In this document: positions 10,326 through 19,052 of the stretch, one piece after another
Position numbering within the stretch: the stretch's first letter is position 1
Layout of the letters: every line of letters starts with the position of its first letter
Virus record (IMG/VR): IMGVR_UViG_3300037245_001061
Location: 1-55,002 of that record
DNA length: 55,002 nt
Direction: 5' to 3' (one strand)
DNA from: a virus
Taxonomy: Duplodnaviria; Caudoviricetes
Program-made: the position numbers and the translations under genes
The notes under the pieces: generated by a model
Told to the model about the DNA's origin: nothing
Databases searched by the model: none
The model's input: only the letters and a program-made list of their open reading frames with translations

Positions 10326-10693
10326 ACGTCTAAGTCCTTAAGTATAAAGATGTAGTTTCTATGATCAGACTGAAGGCCATGGGTGTCCCAAGCATCTTCA
10401 GCAAAGCACCTATAAGTAAGTCCCTCTATGTCTGTTTCATCTGCAGAGAACTTAGTAAACTGACTAGTGGTTCGTAGCACAGAAGTAGTTCTTATTGTTC
10501 TGGAGTCCGTCTTGGTGTATCCTTCTGGGAGCATCTTCACTAGGTTCTTACCTAGAGGCTGGATACTGCACTGGATGTCAAAGCCTTCGTCTGATATATT
10601 CTCTTCGTACTTACCTGACGGCTGCAGTACCCTCTCTGTGGAGAACCTTGCAATAGCCAGAGTTGATGTACGCATTAGTCGGCTTATAGCCAT
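10322..10693 (-). CDS. Head closure / head-tail joining protein
   Basis: CSIQPL....LPEG motif; synteny. Confidence 0.65.
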   Translation of the reverse strand: MAISRLMRTSTLAIARFSTERVLQPSGKYEENISDEGFDIQCSIQPLGKNLVKMLPEGYTKTDSRTIRTTSVLRTTSQFTKFSADETDIEGLTYRCFAEDAWDTHGLQSDHRNYIFILKDLDV

Positions 10694-10701
10694 AAAGCCT
10701 C

Positions 10702-11199
10702 CTAGGTCTTGGCGGGTGTATTAGAGTTCTTAAACCTTATGTTATCCCTAAGCTCTCCAGTGTCTACCAGAGGGGCTGTGGGGCCATCTACACCAACCTT
10801 CTTAGGTGAGGTAGTTGGGGGCATCTTATTGCTTACCTTGCCGAACAAGTCGTACTCGTTATCTGCGGTGATCTTACCGAAGTCATCTATGAGTCTATTG
10901 TTGTTGGCCTTAGACTGAGGGGCTGCTGCCCACCTATTGAATGCCACTCGGTAGGCTGGGTCTTTGAGGCCACCAATCTTAAGGACGCTCATCAGTGGTC
11001 TGGGGGCCTGCCCACCTAAACCTAGATGCTGTATCGCCATTAACTCTGCATAATTAAAGCCACTAGAGTGCTCCCCATCAGAGAAGTGCCCCACGGAGAG
11101 GTGACTCTGGTCTAGGTGCTTCATGGTATCTTTAGCCTTAGTGTGAGCTCTCCCCTTACGCTTCAGCTTGAGCTTCACAGGACTAGACATCCGGGGCAT
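10702..11199 (-). CDS. Neck/tail completion protein (start may be ATG 11190)
   Basis: A.L.AI...G...PRP and PLVDTGEL motifs. Confidence 0.65.
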   Translation of the reverse strand: MPRMSSPVKLKLKRKGRAHTKAKDTMKHLDQSHLSVGHFSDGEHSSGFNYAELMAIQHLGLGGQAPRPLMSVLKIGGLKDPAYRVAFNRWAAAPQSKANNNRLIDDFGKITADNEYDLFGKVSNKMPPTTSPKKVGVDGPTAPLVDTGELRDNIRFKNSNTPAKT

Positions 11200-11657
11200 G
11201 TGCAGGCTGAGTCATATGTGCATGTTGTACCAGTGACTGGCTGGGCACTTAACGGGGGTGGGTTAACATCAGGGAAGCAACCGGAGGAGATCTGGATACC
11301 CATACCGTATGCTGGAGAGTAGCCGCCACCAGGGAGGTAAGGGCATAGCTGGGACAAGCCCCTGATATACTTACGCCATGTGTATGGACTGACCTTCTCA
11401 TTGAACTCAAGCTCCACCTCACCTACCTTATCCCGCCTAACACCCGCCCCATCTACCTCATACTTAGCTGCATTGATTAGAGCACATCTCTTGAGGCTCT
11501 TACAAAGTACCTCTGAGTAGAAGGCATTGTCATCTTCGACACCATCGAGGGCTATAACCTGTTCGTTTATCGTCCTTATCTGGCCCTCAGTGAGGATGTT
11601 GTCTTCAGGTAAGTACAGTACCGTATCTGCATAGAGGACATCTCTATCTATTGCCAT
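11175..11657 (-). CDS. Head-tail adaptor protein
   Basis: RR.KVG.VE.E motif; immediately after capsid gene. Confidence 0.6.
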   Translation of the reverse strand: MAIDRDVLYADTVLYLPEDNILTEGQIRTINEQVIALDGVEDDNAFYSEVLCKSLKRCALINAAKYEVDGAGVRRDKVGEVELEFNEKVSPYTWRKYIRGLSQLCPYLPGGGYSPAYGMGIQISSGCFPDVNPPPLSAQPVTGTTCTYDSACTCPGCLVL

Positions 11658-11728
11658 GGTGTTCCTCTCTTTGTTGTAATTAACCTTAGAGAGGAGGCTC
11701 TAAGAACCCCCTCTAAAGATCAACTAAC

Positions 11729-12823
11729 TCAGACTACTAAGCGCCTTACGAGCTGAGGGTTAATCGCAATACCCAGAACATTCTTCTCAGAAGCTACAGT
11801 AGTGCCTTGACGGTCATCTACCTTACTCCAAGCATACGCAGACTGGGCTACAGTGTTAACGTAGGTACGAGTCTGAGCAGGGGCGTATGCAGTACGTAGG
11901 AAGTCCTCAGCACCGATAGGTACCATATACGCATCGTCATCACCGATGATCTTAGCGCCATCGTAAGAAGCTGCATAACGGATATAGCGGATGCCGTCCC
12001 TAGGGCTGTCAAACCACTGGTAGTTGAACTGACCAGAGCCGAAGCCGCCAGCAGGTACACCCATACTTTGCATATCTAGTGTGTTACGCAATTCACGGTT
12101 GAAGCCTACGTCACGCTCAATCTCTAGGCGCTGTGCGAAGAAGCTCTTACCACATATAACGACAGTCATAGAGGAGTCGTTACCAGTCTTCTCTAGGTCA
12201 GTCTGCAGGTAATCAGCTTGCTCGGTGAACAACTCGATGTGGTCAACAGAACCTGCCAATTGCATAGAGACTTGGCCGCTACCGTTAGCACCAGCAATCA
12301 AGTTGGTACGGGTGTCGCCCATGACTTCAACAAAGTAGTCATAAGTTGTGTGATTACCACCAGCAGTGAAGTTAGAGTCAGTGGTTAACAAGGTAGCGAT
12401 TACCTGCTCCTCAAACTTAACCCATGCTTTGTCAACCTTGTCACCTAGCTGGCCTAACAGGTACTCTTCTGTCATCAACTCATTGGTGCCGGGAGTCCGA
12501 CGACCAGAGATATCACCGGGCTTGGTGTTGTAAGTAATACCAAAAGAACCAATGTCGTAGCTCAGCTGACGAGGCTTGTCTGTCAGTGCGCGAGGGCCAT
12601 ACTCAGAGTACTGCTTACCCGCGACAGACACACCTTCGTGCTGGAGGTCATCGTGGCGAACTGTACGAGTCTGGTTGAAGATAGAGTTAATCTCACCACC
12701 AAATAAGGCAGTAAGTAATTTAGGGGTGATCTGTGAGCGTTGTACGAGAGGGGAAACATCCACCATCTCAAATGCGCTATCACCGGAAACCCCTAGGGCT
12801 TTTACAATTCCGTGGTCACTCAT
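11729..12823 (-). CDS. Major capsid protein (lambda gpE-like)
   Basis: 364 aa; YAPA.....VNT.AQ..Y and INPQLV motifs; follows protease/scaffold/decoration genes. Confidence 0.88.
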   Translation of the reverse strand: MSDHGIVKALGVSGDSAFEMVDVSPLVQRSQITPKLLTALFGGEINSIFNQTRTVRHDDLQHEGVSVAGKQYSEYGPRALTDKPRQLSYDIGSFGITYNTKPGDISGRRTPGTNELMTEEYLLGQLGDKVDKAWVKFEEQVIATLLTTDSNFTAGGNHTTYDYFVEVMGDTRTNLIAGANGSGQVSMQLAGSVDHIELFTEQADYLQTDLEKTGNDSSMTVVICGKSFFAQRLEIERDVGFNRELRNTLDMQSMGVPAGGFGSGQFNYQWFDSPRDGIRYIRYAASYDGAKIIGDDDAYMVPIGAEDFLRTAYAPAQTRTYVNTVAQSAYAWSKVDDRQGTTVASEKNVLGIAINPQLVRRLVV

Positions 12824-12836
12824 TTATGTATTCCTA

Positions 12837-13340
12837 TTAAGAGTTGTAAGATGGGTTAGTGATAGCTGCTTCAGCTGACTGGATGAACTGCTGTGCCTCT
12901 AACTGTGCCCAGAATAAGAGCTGGTTGGGAGCTGAAGTAGCACCCCAGACAATGCCTGAGTCATTAACAGTGGCATCACCCCGATAGATAGCAGTCATGT
13001 TGACAGCAGTGTTAGCAGCTGATAGAGTAATGTCAGTCCGGTTAAAACCTAAGCCAGACTTATCACCAACACTCAGAGCTACAACGTAGCCAGCAAGTAC
13101 TGGTAAGTCATCTTGGTCTGCTAGGGCAGCGGCTACAGTAAGAGCAGCACCGTCATAGATATCCCAGTTACCTGCAACATCATCCCAGATTAGGGGTTGG
13201 CCGATAAAGCCAACAGTATTAGTAGAACCACCAACGGCTACGCCGAGTAAGTTCTTATTGGTCATAGTGTCGTCACTATAAGGCTCTACACCCGCAAGCA
13301 GGTCAGATAAGATAGCGCGACCAGTAGCAATTACAGTCAT
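12837..13340 (-). CDS. Head decoration protein
   Basis: MTVIAT....SDLL N-terminus, RG.A.V motif; directly before capsid gene. Confidence 0.65.
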   Translation of the reverse strand: MTVIATGRAILSDLLAGVEPYSDDTMTNKNLLGVAVGGSTNTVGFIGQPLIWDDVAGNWDIYDGAALTVAAALADQDDLPVLAGYVVALSVGDKSGLGFNRTDITLSAANTAVNMTAIYRGDATVNDSGIVWGATSAPNQLLFWAQLEAQQFIQSAEAAITNPSYNS

Positions 13341-13981
13341 TATTTAGCTCCTTGGATTTCATCTTTAGCGGCCAATGCCTTCTCTAGCATAGTTTTAGGG
13401 GCATCACCTTCTGGATCACCACCTTCGCCTTTCTCTTTTGAGAGGGCCTTAGCTAATGGATTCTCTTCTTCTTTAGGTGCTGGTGCTGCAGACTTGGCTA
13501 GCTCTACTTCAGCCTCACCTTTAGCTACTACCGCGTCTAGTGCTTTAGTTACACTGGCCACAGCATCCTCGTCTAAGACTGACAACACTCCTGCCAGTTC
13601 TTTAGAGAGATCACTCTCTAGACCGTAAACCCCTAAGTCCTTCTGGATTAGTTTCTTGGTCAAGACGGCTACTTGAGCCTCTAGAGCCTTATTCACTTCT
13701 TCAGACATATCTGTCCCTTCTATAGTTAAGTTATCTCCCCCGGATGTTTCTTCCGAAGAAGACAGTGGGAGTTTGTCATCAGTAAGCGACTTGCCTACTT
13801 CAGATTCGGTATGGCCAATTTCCAATAGGATGGCCTTTTGTTCTGGTGTGAGTGTTGCTCCGCCCTTCAATGACTTAAGCAACAGAGGTTCGTTGAGGAG
13901 GCTACAAGCGCCCCCTTGGGAGCCGTCTGTAACTGCTATGCCAGTCACATTGAAGTCGTAGAGCCTACGCTTAGCTTTCAT
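13340..13981 (-). CDS. Scaffold-like protein
   Basis: MKAKRRL.......IA.T...QGGAC....PLLLKS; acidic helical C-terminus. Confidence 0.6.
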   Translation of the reverse strand: MKAKRRLYDFNVTGIAVTDGSQGGACSLLNEPLLLKSLKGGATLTPEQKAILLEIGHTESEVGKSLTDDKLPLSSSEETSGGDNLTIEGTDMSEEVNKALEAQVAVLTKKLIQKDLGVYGLESDLSKELAGVLSVLDEDAVASVTKALDAVVAKGEAEVELAKSAAPAPKEEENPLAKALSKEKGEGGDPEGDAPKTMLEKALAAKDEIQGAK

Positions 13982-14657
13982 CTAGTACCTCTATTTTGCA
14001 GCTACCCTCAACGGATAGTCCCATGAGTTCACCTTCTACTCGCTTATCCCAAGCAGCCTTATTGACATACTTGACTTCAGCTAATACAATACCCTCAGGG
14101 ACTGTATTACCTCCAATCTCACACTCGTAGGGGTTTACCCAACACTTCTGAATGTGAAAGTCTTCAGTCTCTGCTGCATGGAAGTAGTTGTAAGTCATAC
14201 TCTCCGCAGCGATCTTATCGTTGATACTCTTGGCTAGGCTCTCTGAGCCCTCCATGTCAATAGTGTCACCTACTCCATCCACATCACCGGGGGCAATGTA
14301 TACTGGCTCCACTGCCACCATCTCAACTTCATTGAGTTGCTTGATGACTGGAACCGAAGGCTTCTCAGTGCTACCAAAGAACTTCTTCAGGACGCTTAAT
14401 ATTGACTTCTCAATGTCATCCTCCCCAGTCTCCACTGCAACATACTCAGTGGTACGGACTACCTCCACTCTATCTCCTGAGATCTCGGCATTGGCACCGT
14501 CATACTCATAAGAGCTCTTGTATGTTTTATATCCATCCACTTCGTAAACCTCGAAGTAGACAGACTCATCATCGTAGTCGTATAGGTACCCTGAGGTTAC
14601 AGCATCACTTAGATGTAGCCTCTTGTCCCCCTCGGTTGCTTTACTTATCTGAGTCAC
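13971..14657 (-). CDS. Prohead protease (XkdF-like serine protease)
   Basis: EPVY.AP..VD..GD, N.FH, W..V..GEL.GLSVEG motifs. Confidence 0.8.
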   Translation of the reverse strand: MTQISKATEGDKRLHLSDAVTSGYLYDYDDESVYFEVYEVDGYKTYKSSYEYDGANAEISGDRVEVVRTTEYVAVETGEDDIEKSILSVLKKFFGSTEKPSVPVIKQLNEVEMVAVEPVYIAPGDVDGVGDTIDMEGSESLAKSINDKIAAESMTYNYFHAAETEDFHIQKCWVNPYECEIGGNTVPEGIVLAEVKYVNKAAWDKRVEGELMGLSVEGSCKIEVLDES

Positions 14658-14708
14658 AGAAGACCCTCCATTGCATGTGAATACCCAAAAGGGTCTCTCT
14701 AATTAATT

Positions 14709-16301
14709 TCATTGGACATTCTCCAGTACCTTGTCTGCCTCGGTGTCAATAAGCCTACCCTTCTCATCTTCTATCATGGTGGTAACCATGGACTTCTCCA
14801 CCCCACCATTCTCTCCGTTCTTCTCGGAGTTGTTCTGGTTAGTAGAGCCATTCCCAGATGAGCCATTAGAAGTCCCTACATCGCCACCTGAAGCCGCTGT
14901 AAAGTCTAGGTCGTCTATACCATCGTCAGGGAGTCCTGCTTGTCTGTAGAGCTCCTTGAGGGCACTAGGAGTCATCATCCCAGTACCAGCCATACGCATG
15001 ACAGCCTTACTAAGCTCATCATAGTTAAGCTCTGAGGCCACTCCCGCCCTAAAGGTGGGCATGTCCCTCCAGCTCAACTGTATGTTGTTTGCTGCTAGGA
15101 GCCTTGGGATGAGCTGGGTATTGATAACATCAATCTTCCAGTCTATAATCCTCTGTACATACAGCTCTTGGATGGTGGTCTTACTTGAACTCAGGGAGTA
15201 GCTCCCCCCTCCGTTATCCCCAGTGATCTGTGCTGATGCACCGAATACATTGAAGATGTCTTTACGCTTCTGCTCTATGATGTCTGAAGTAGAGTACTGC
15301 TTACCTGTACCAGAGATCCCCATCATGGAGAAGTCATTAAGGTACTTACCGTTCTCATCTGTCTCTGACGATAGTAGGATGAATGTATCCTTACCTGCCA
15401 CTAGGTCAGCTGCATCTTGTTGTAATGTTTTGTACTCTGACTGAGCCTCTGTATTACCCTCAGGGTCATTGGCCATATCGATTAGGCCGGGGTCTACCCT
15501 AAGGACATACGCCCCACCTAAGTCTTTAGTGACACCAACAATCTCGAAGTTCTCTACCAGAGCCTTCTCCATCCAAGCTGCGTAACAGTTCTTAAAGGGG
15601 CTATTCCCCTCAGGGTTATTCTGTGTGGGATTGTGCCTAAACCAGAGCAACTCCTCGTTCTTAAAGTAGGTGTACTGTTGGTTGTTGATTATGGAGCTGG
15701 TGTTAGTTATGCCACGTTCGAACTGCTTCTCTGTGGGTTGCTTGGACTTCTTAACCATAGGCTTCTGGACATACCCAAGGACATCCCTAAAGTTCTTATC
15801 GTATACCCACCCGTACACACTCTTCTGGGATCTAGGGGCTAGCTTCTTAAGGCAGTACATACCCTTGTACTGCCCATAGTTACGTCTCTCTAGTACAATG
15901 TTCTGAGTAGAGAATCCATACTGAAGATCAGTACAAGCATCATTCATACTCTGCATCCAAGTACCAAAGGACATATTACGTATGTTATAGTTAATAAACT
16001 CTGCTGCTTCCTTGGAGAGTGATGAGCCACTCTTGCCGGGGACTGACTCACCACTACTGAGCGCTAGTAGGACTTGGGCATTAGATGAGTCCATTGCAGT
16101 GAACACTGCGGAGTCTAACGCCATATTGTCAAAGGTGTATAAGCTATTAGGCATGATCAGGTCTTGCTTGGCCCCATCCTGTATGAACCTAGAGCCAGTC
16201 ACTTGTTGTGGCTGGCCCTTCTCCTTTAAGCTCTGTGGGCGTATAGTGGCCTGCTTACCTAGGGTCTCGGCCTTCTTGATGTCTACTGTCTTGTCTGTCA
16301 T
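14709..16301 (-). CDS. Portal protein
   Basis: 530 aa; YGFS, LKKL.PR.Q, NP.G.SP, GS.SLS motifs; between TerL and protease. Confidence 0.88.
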   Translation of the reverse strand: MTDKTVDIKKAETLGKQATIRPQSLKEKGQPQQVTGSRFIQDGAKQDLIMPNSLYTFDNMALDSAVFTAMDSSNAQVLLALSSGESVPGKSGSSLSKEAAEFINYNIRNMSFGTWMQSMNDACTDLQYGFSTQNIVLERRNYGQYKGMYCLKKLAPRSQKSVYGWVYDKNFRDVLGYVQKPMVKKSKQPTEKQFERGITNTSSIINNQQYTYFKNEELLWFRHNPTQNNPEGNSPFKNCYAAWMEKALVENFEIVGVTKDLGGAYVLRVDPGLIDMANDPEGNTEAQSEYKTLQQDAADLVAGKDTFILLSSETDENGKYLNDFSMMGISGTGKQYSTSDIIEQKRKDIFNVFGASAQITGDNGGGSYSLSSSKTTIQELYVQRIIDWKIDVINTQLIPRLLAANNIQLSWRDMPTFRAGVASELNYDELSKAVMRMAGTGMMTPSALKELYRQAGLPDDGIDDLDFTAASGGDVGTSNGSSGNGSTNQNNSEKNGENGGVEKSMVTTMIEDEKGRLIDTEADKVLENVQ

Positions 16302-16321
16302 AGTCGGCCTTGATTAGTTGG

Positions 16322-16813
16322 TTACTCTGCAAGCTTGCCCTTGAGGAACTTCTTAATGGCTGCAGGCTTAGTTACATCCTCTGGGACAGTGAAGCCATGC
16401 TTCTCAGCAAAGGCATACAGCTCTACCTTCTTAGACAGGCCATTGAGCTCTTCTGAGGGGGATGTGCCTTCTGGGCGGTCATCCTCAGGGGTCTCCGCTA
16501 CAGGTGCCTCTGAGAGCTCCTCAGGGGCTGCTGGTGCCTCTGCAGGCTCTTCCGAGGGTGGTTGTACCTCTAAGGGCTCTTTGCTCTCTACGGGGCTCTC
16601 AGGAGCTCCTAGGGCACCCTTATAGAGGACTACCTTGCCTATGTTGCCTCGGAAGTTACGTAGGGAGGAGTCGTCCCTTAGGTTGGTCTCTGCTACACGC
16701 CAGCCGCCTAGGACAGCCTCTTGGATGGATAAGAAGAACTCCAGTTCATACTTGACTCGGGCTCCCTTTGTCTGGATTACTTTACGTTCTTGTTTGATAG
16801 TGTTATCTTCCAT
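16322..16813 (-). CDS. Hypothetical protein with Pro/Glu linker and small C-terminal helical domain
   Basis: Fills the gap between TerL and portal; K.EL..FA...G..VP.D..K C-terminal motif. Confidence 0.6.
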   Translation of the reverse strand: MEDNTIKQERKVIQTKGARVKYELEFFLSIQEAVLGGWRVAETNLRDDSSLRNFRGNIGKVVLYKGALGAPESPVESKEPLEVQPPSEEPAEAPAAPEELSEAPVAETPEDDRPEGTSPSEELNGLSKKVELYAFAEKHGFTVPEDVTKPAAIKKFLKGKLAE

Positions 16814-16815
16814 AG

Positions 16816-18282
16816 TTATCCCCTCCGAGGGACTTCATTATTAGTAAGGTGGTCATTTGCTAAGGTCTTTATCTTGGACTGGCTGCGCTTGGTGAACTTG
16901 TAGTTCCTAGCTTGGCACAGATAGTTAAATGCAGAGGCTGTGGCATCCACTACGTCATCCCACTTGCCAGTAGAGGATCTCTCGCCGTCGAATAGTTCGT
17001 GCTCCCGGTAGAATGCCTTAAGATCCTCTGAGGAGAAGCTACTCTCTACAATGTAGACAAAGCCATTCTGAGCTGCCACCGCGTAGGGCTCTGCTCTAGT
17101 TATCTTTGATTTATTGACTGGCATAGGATCTTTGTGGCATATTAGGCCATCTTCGGACACCTTCTTGGCGAACTCCTCAAATTGGAACTTACCAGAGGCT
17201 CCTGCGTCAATCCCCATGACTATCTTACAGTCTCTACCATCTCTGTGGCCTACCTGTAGGATACGCCTGTCTCTTGGGCCTGCCCTATCTTGGAACCTCT
17301 CCATACCGTGTATGTAGTAGTCTCCATCTCTGGACTTAGATACTCTCACACCTACAGTCCAATCCGCCCTTCTGTTTATGGTCTGGCCTTCTTCAGGCGC
17401 TGTGCCTGCAGTGTCCCAGCCCCTACATGTAACTGAGCCTAGAGGTACGTGGGTAGCCTTCCTGTAGTAGCTCGTCTGGAAGTACATACCAGAGTCTTCT
17501 GTAGGCTCCCAGCAGCCAAGTAATAGCTGCTTGCGCTTCTTCTCAGACATTGAATCTAGCTTATCTTTGTAGGCCTCATCTAGGTAATCGTTGTCTTCTA
17601 TTGTTGCTGGTATATATGTGTAAGTCTGGGGGTTCTTGCCGTGGGTATCTACCAACTCTTGTCTGTCCCAAGAGGTGTACAGTACATCACTGATGATTAC
17701 AAAGTAGGCCCTCTTACCAGACAAGTCCCTGCGAGCAAGGTATTCATCATCTAGGAACCTCTCAACATAGTCGTACACAAAGTGTGTTGGGTCTGGGTTG
17801 AGTGTGCATCGTATCCCGCATTTGACATTAGCCTTACTACGGTTACGAGACCTGAGTACATCGAACTGGTAGTACGTCCTAAACTGGAACTCCTCAAAGT
17901 AGATCTTACATATCTCTGACCCATACCATGAATCCGCATGTTTGTCATACTCAAGGTAGGCAAATGTAGTCCTAGATCCTGCAGGGAAGGTTATCGTCTT
18001 GTTCTGCTCACTGATGTGAGACTTACCTATATACTTCCCTTTGCTATCGAAGAGGATAGGTTCATAGAGGTCTTTAGCCTCTACCCATAGTCCCTTGTCG
18101 ATCTCTGTGTTAGTTGTTCTGAAGAACACTGAGAAGTAGTGCTTATCATGGACACCTTGTAGGTTATCTATTAGGGAGGCCCAAGTCTTGCCTCCCCCGG
18201 CCCCGCCACCAAATATAACTAGATCCTCTTCGGCTTGTAAGTACTGTGCTTGCACCTTGGATGGGTGTGCTACTACTGTCAT
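16816..18282 (-). CDS. terL: Terminase large subunit
   Basis: Walker A GGGAGGGKT, Walker B IYFEE, TLNPD motif, nuclease GWD.A, D.TVG, DD.VDA. Confidence 0.95.
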   Translation of the reverse strand: MTVVAHPSKVQAQYLQAEEDLVIFGGGAGGGKTWASLIDNLQGVHDKHYFSVFFRTTNTEIDKGLWVEAKDLYEPILFDSKGKYIGKSHISEQNKTITFPAGSRTTFAYLEYDKHADSWYGSEICKIYFEEFQFRTYYQFDVLRSRNRSKANVKCGIRCTLNPDPTHFVYDYVERFLDDEYLARRDLSGKRAYFVIISDVLYTSWDRQELVDTHGKNPQTYTYIPATIEDNDYLDEAYKDKLDSMSEKKRKQLLLGCWEPTEDSGMYFQTSYYRKATHVPLGSVTCRGWDTAGTAPEEGQTINRRADWTVGVRVSKSRDGDYYIHGMERFQDRAGPRDRRILQVGHRDGRDCKIVMGIDAGASGKFQFEEFAKKVSEDGLICHKDPMPVNKSKITRAEPYAVAAQNGFVYIVESSFSSEDLKAFYREHELFDGERSSTGKWDDVVDATASAFNYLCQARNYKFTKRSQSKIKTLANDHLTNNEVPRRG

Positions 18283-18305
18283 AGGTTACCTCCATAACCG
18301 TTATC

Positions 18306-18382
18306 TGGTGGGCCACCAAGGACTTGAACCTCGCGTCTTCCGATTATGAGTCGGCTGCATTAACCCACTATGCTAGTGGCCC
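18306..18382 (-). tRNA. tRNA with CAT anticodon (probably Ile2, else Met)
   Basis: Acceptor GGGCCAC/GTGGCCC+A+CCA, anticodon loop CTCATAA, T-loop TTCAAGT; C4-G69/C5-G68 as in Ile2. Confidence 0.9.
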
Positions 18383-18389
18383 TCTTGTT

Positions 18390-18465
18390 TGGTTCCGACA
18401 GAGAGACTCGAACTCCCAACCTGCTCATTACAAGTGAACTGCACTCCCAATTGTGCTATACCGGA
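18390..18465 (-). tRNA. tRNA-Thr(TGT)
   Basis: Cloverleaf with GCAC/GTGC D-stem, loop CTTGTAA, T-loop TTCGAGT, encoded CCA; acceptor has U1-A72 and two G-U pairs. Confidence 0.85.
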
Positions 18466-18473
18466 TCTAATCT

Positions 18474-18647
18474 TCAAGGGCTACCCCCTGATATACTTCC
18501 TACGACCCAGAGCACCGCCACTATAGCGAAGAGCCAGAGGCCTATCTTAGTTCTCAACCCTGTGGGGTCGCTGCTGCCACAACTAGGACAGCTCTTAGCG
18601 CTTGCGTCTATCTCATGCTCACACGATATACAATTTTCTAATGCCAT
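18474..18647 (-). CDS. Zinc-ribbon membrane protein (57 aa)
   Basis: Hand translation MALENCISCEHEIDASAKSCPSCG...IGLWLFAIVAVLWVVG; strong GGAGGGAG RBS. Confidence 0.7.
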   Translation of the reverse strand: MALENCISCEHEIDASAKSCPSCGSSDPTGLRTKIGLWLFAIVAVLWVVGSISGGSP

Positions 18648-18704
18648 AGTTAATCTCCCTCCATGGAGTTTCGTACTTAAAGTTAACCGTATCCTTGGTT
18701 AGTG

Positions 18705-19028
18705 TTACTTGCCCACTTCAAACGTCAGTGGGATATCTGTGCTCTTGCATGTATCTGCGCCAGTGTCTTGTGTGGTTAGCTTGACACTCCATGTGCCTGC
18801 ATACGTTATATCCCCTTCGAGGAATTCGTACTCCACGTACTCTAGGGCATTAAAGGTGCCTACGTCTGTCACGATGGAGATAGTTCCCACAGTCAACCCA
18901 CTCCCTACGTCCACAGTGAAATCCCCTGTGCTAGTCAGGGGGCTATCTATGAAGAGTGTGTTGACATTGGAGCTAATATCCTGTCCTGCGTTGACACGGA
19001 GGATATTGCCATAGTCATTTTTATTGAT
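18705..19028 (-). CDS. Small beta-rich virion accessory protein, probable non-canonical ATC start
   Basis: Frame open from ATC at 19028, right after GGAGGTGA, giving (M)NKNDYGNILRVNAGQDIS...GD....GTW; the ORF track starts only at GTG 18914. Confidence 0.55.
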   Translation of the reverse strand: MNKNDYGNILRVNAGQDISSNVNTLFIDSPLTSTGDFTVDVGSGLTVGTISIVTDVGTFNALEYVEYEFLEGDITYAGTWSVKLTTQDTGADTCKSTDIPLTFEVGK

Positions 19029-19052
19029 AGCTCACCTCCAAAGGTTTAGTCT

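Noticed and set aside
18370-18702. Plus-strand 110-aa ORF
   Set aside because: Antisense to tRNA-Thr and the zinc-ribbon gene.
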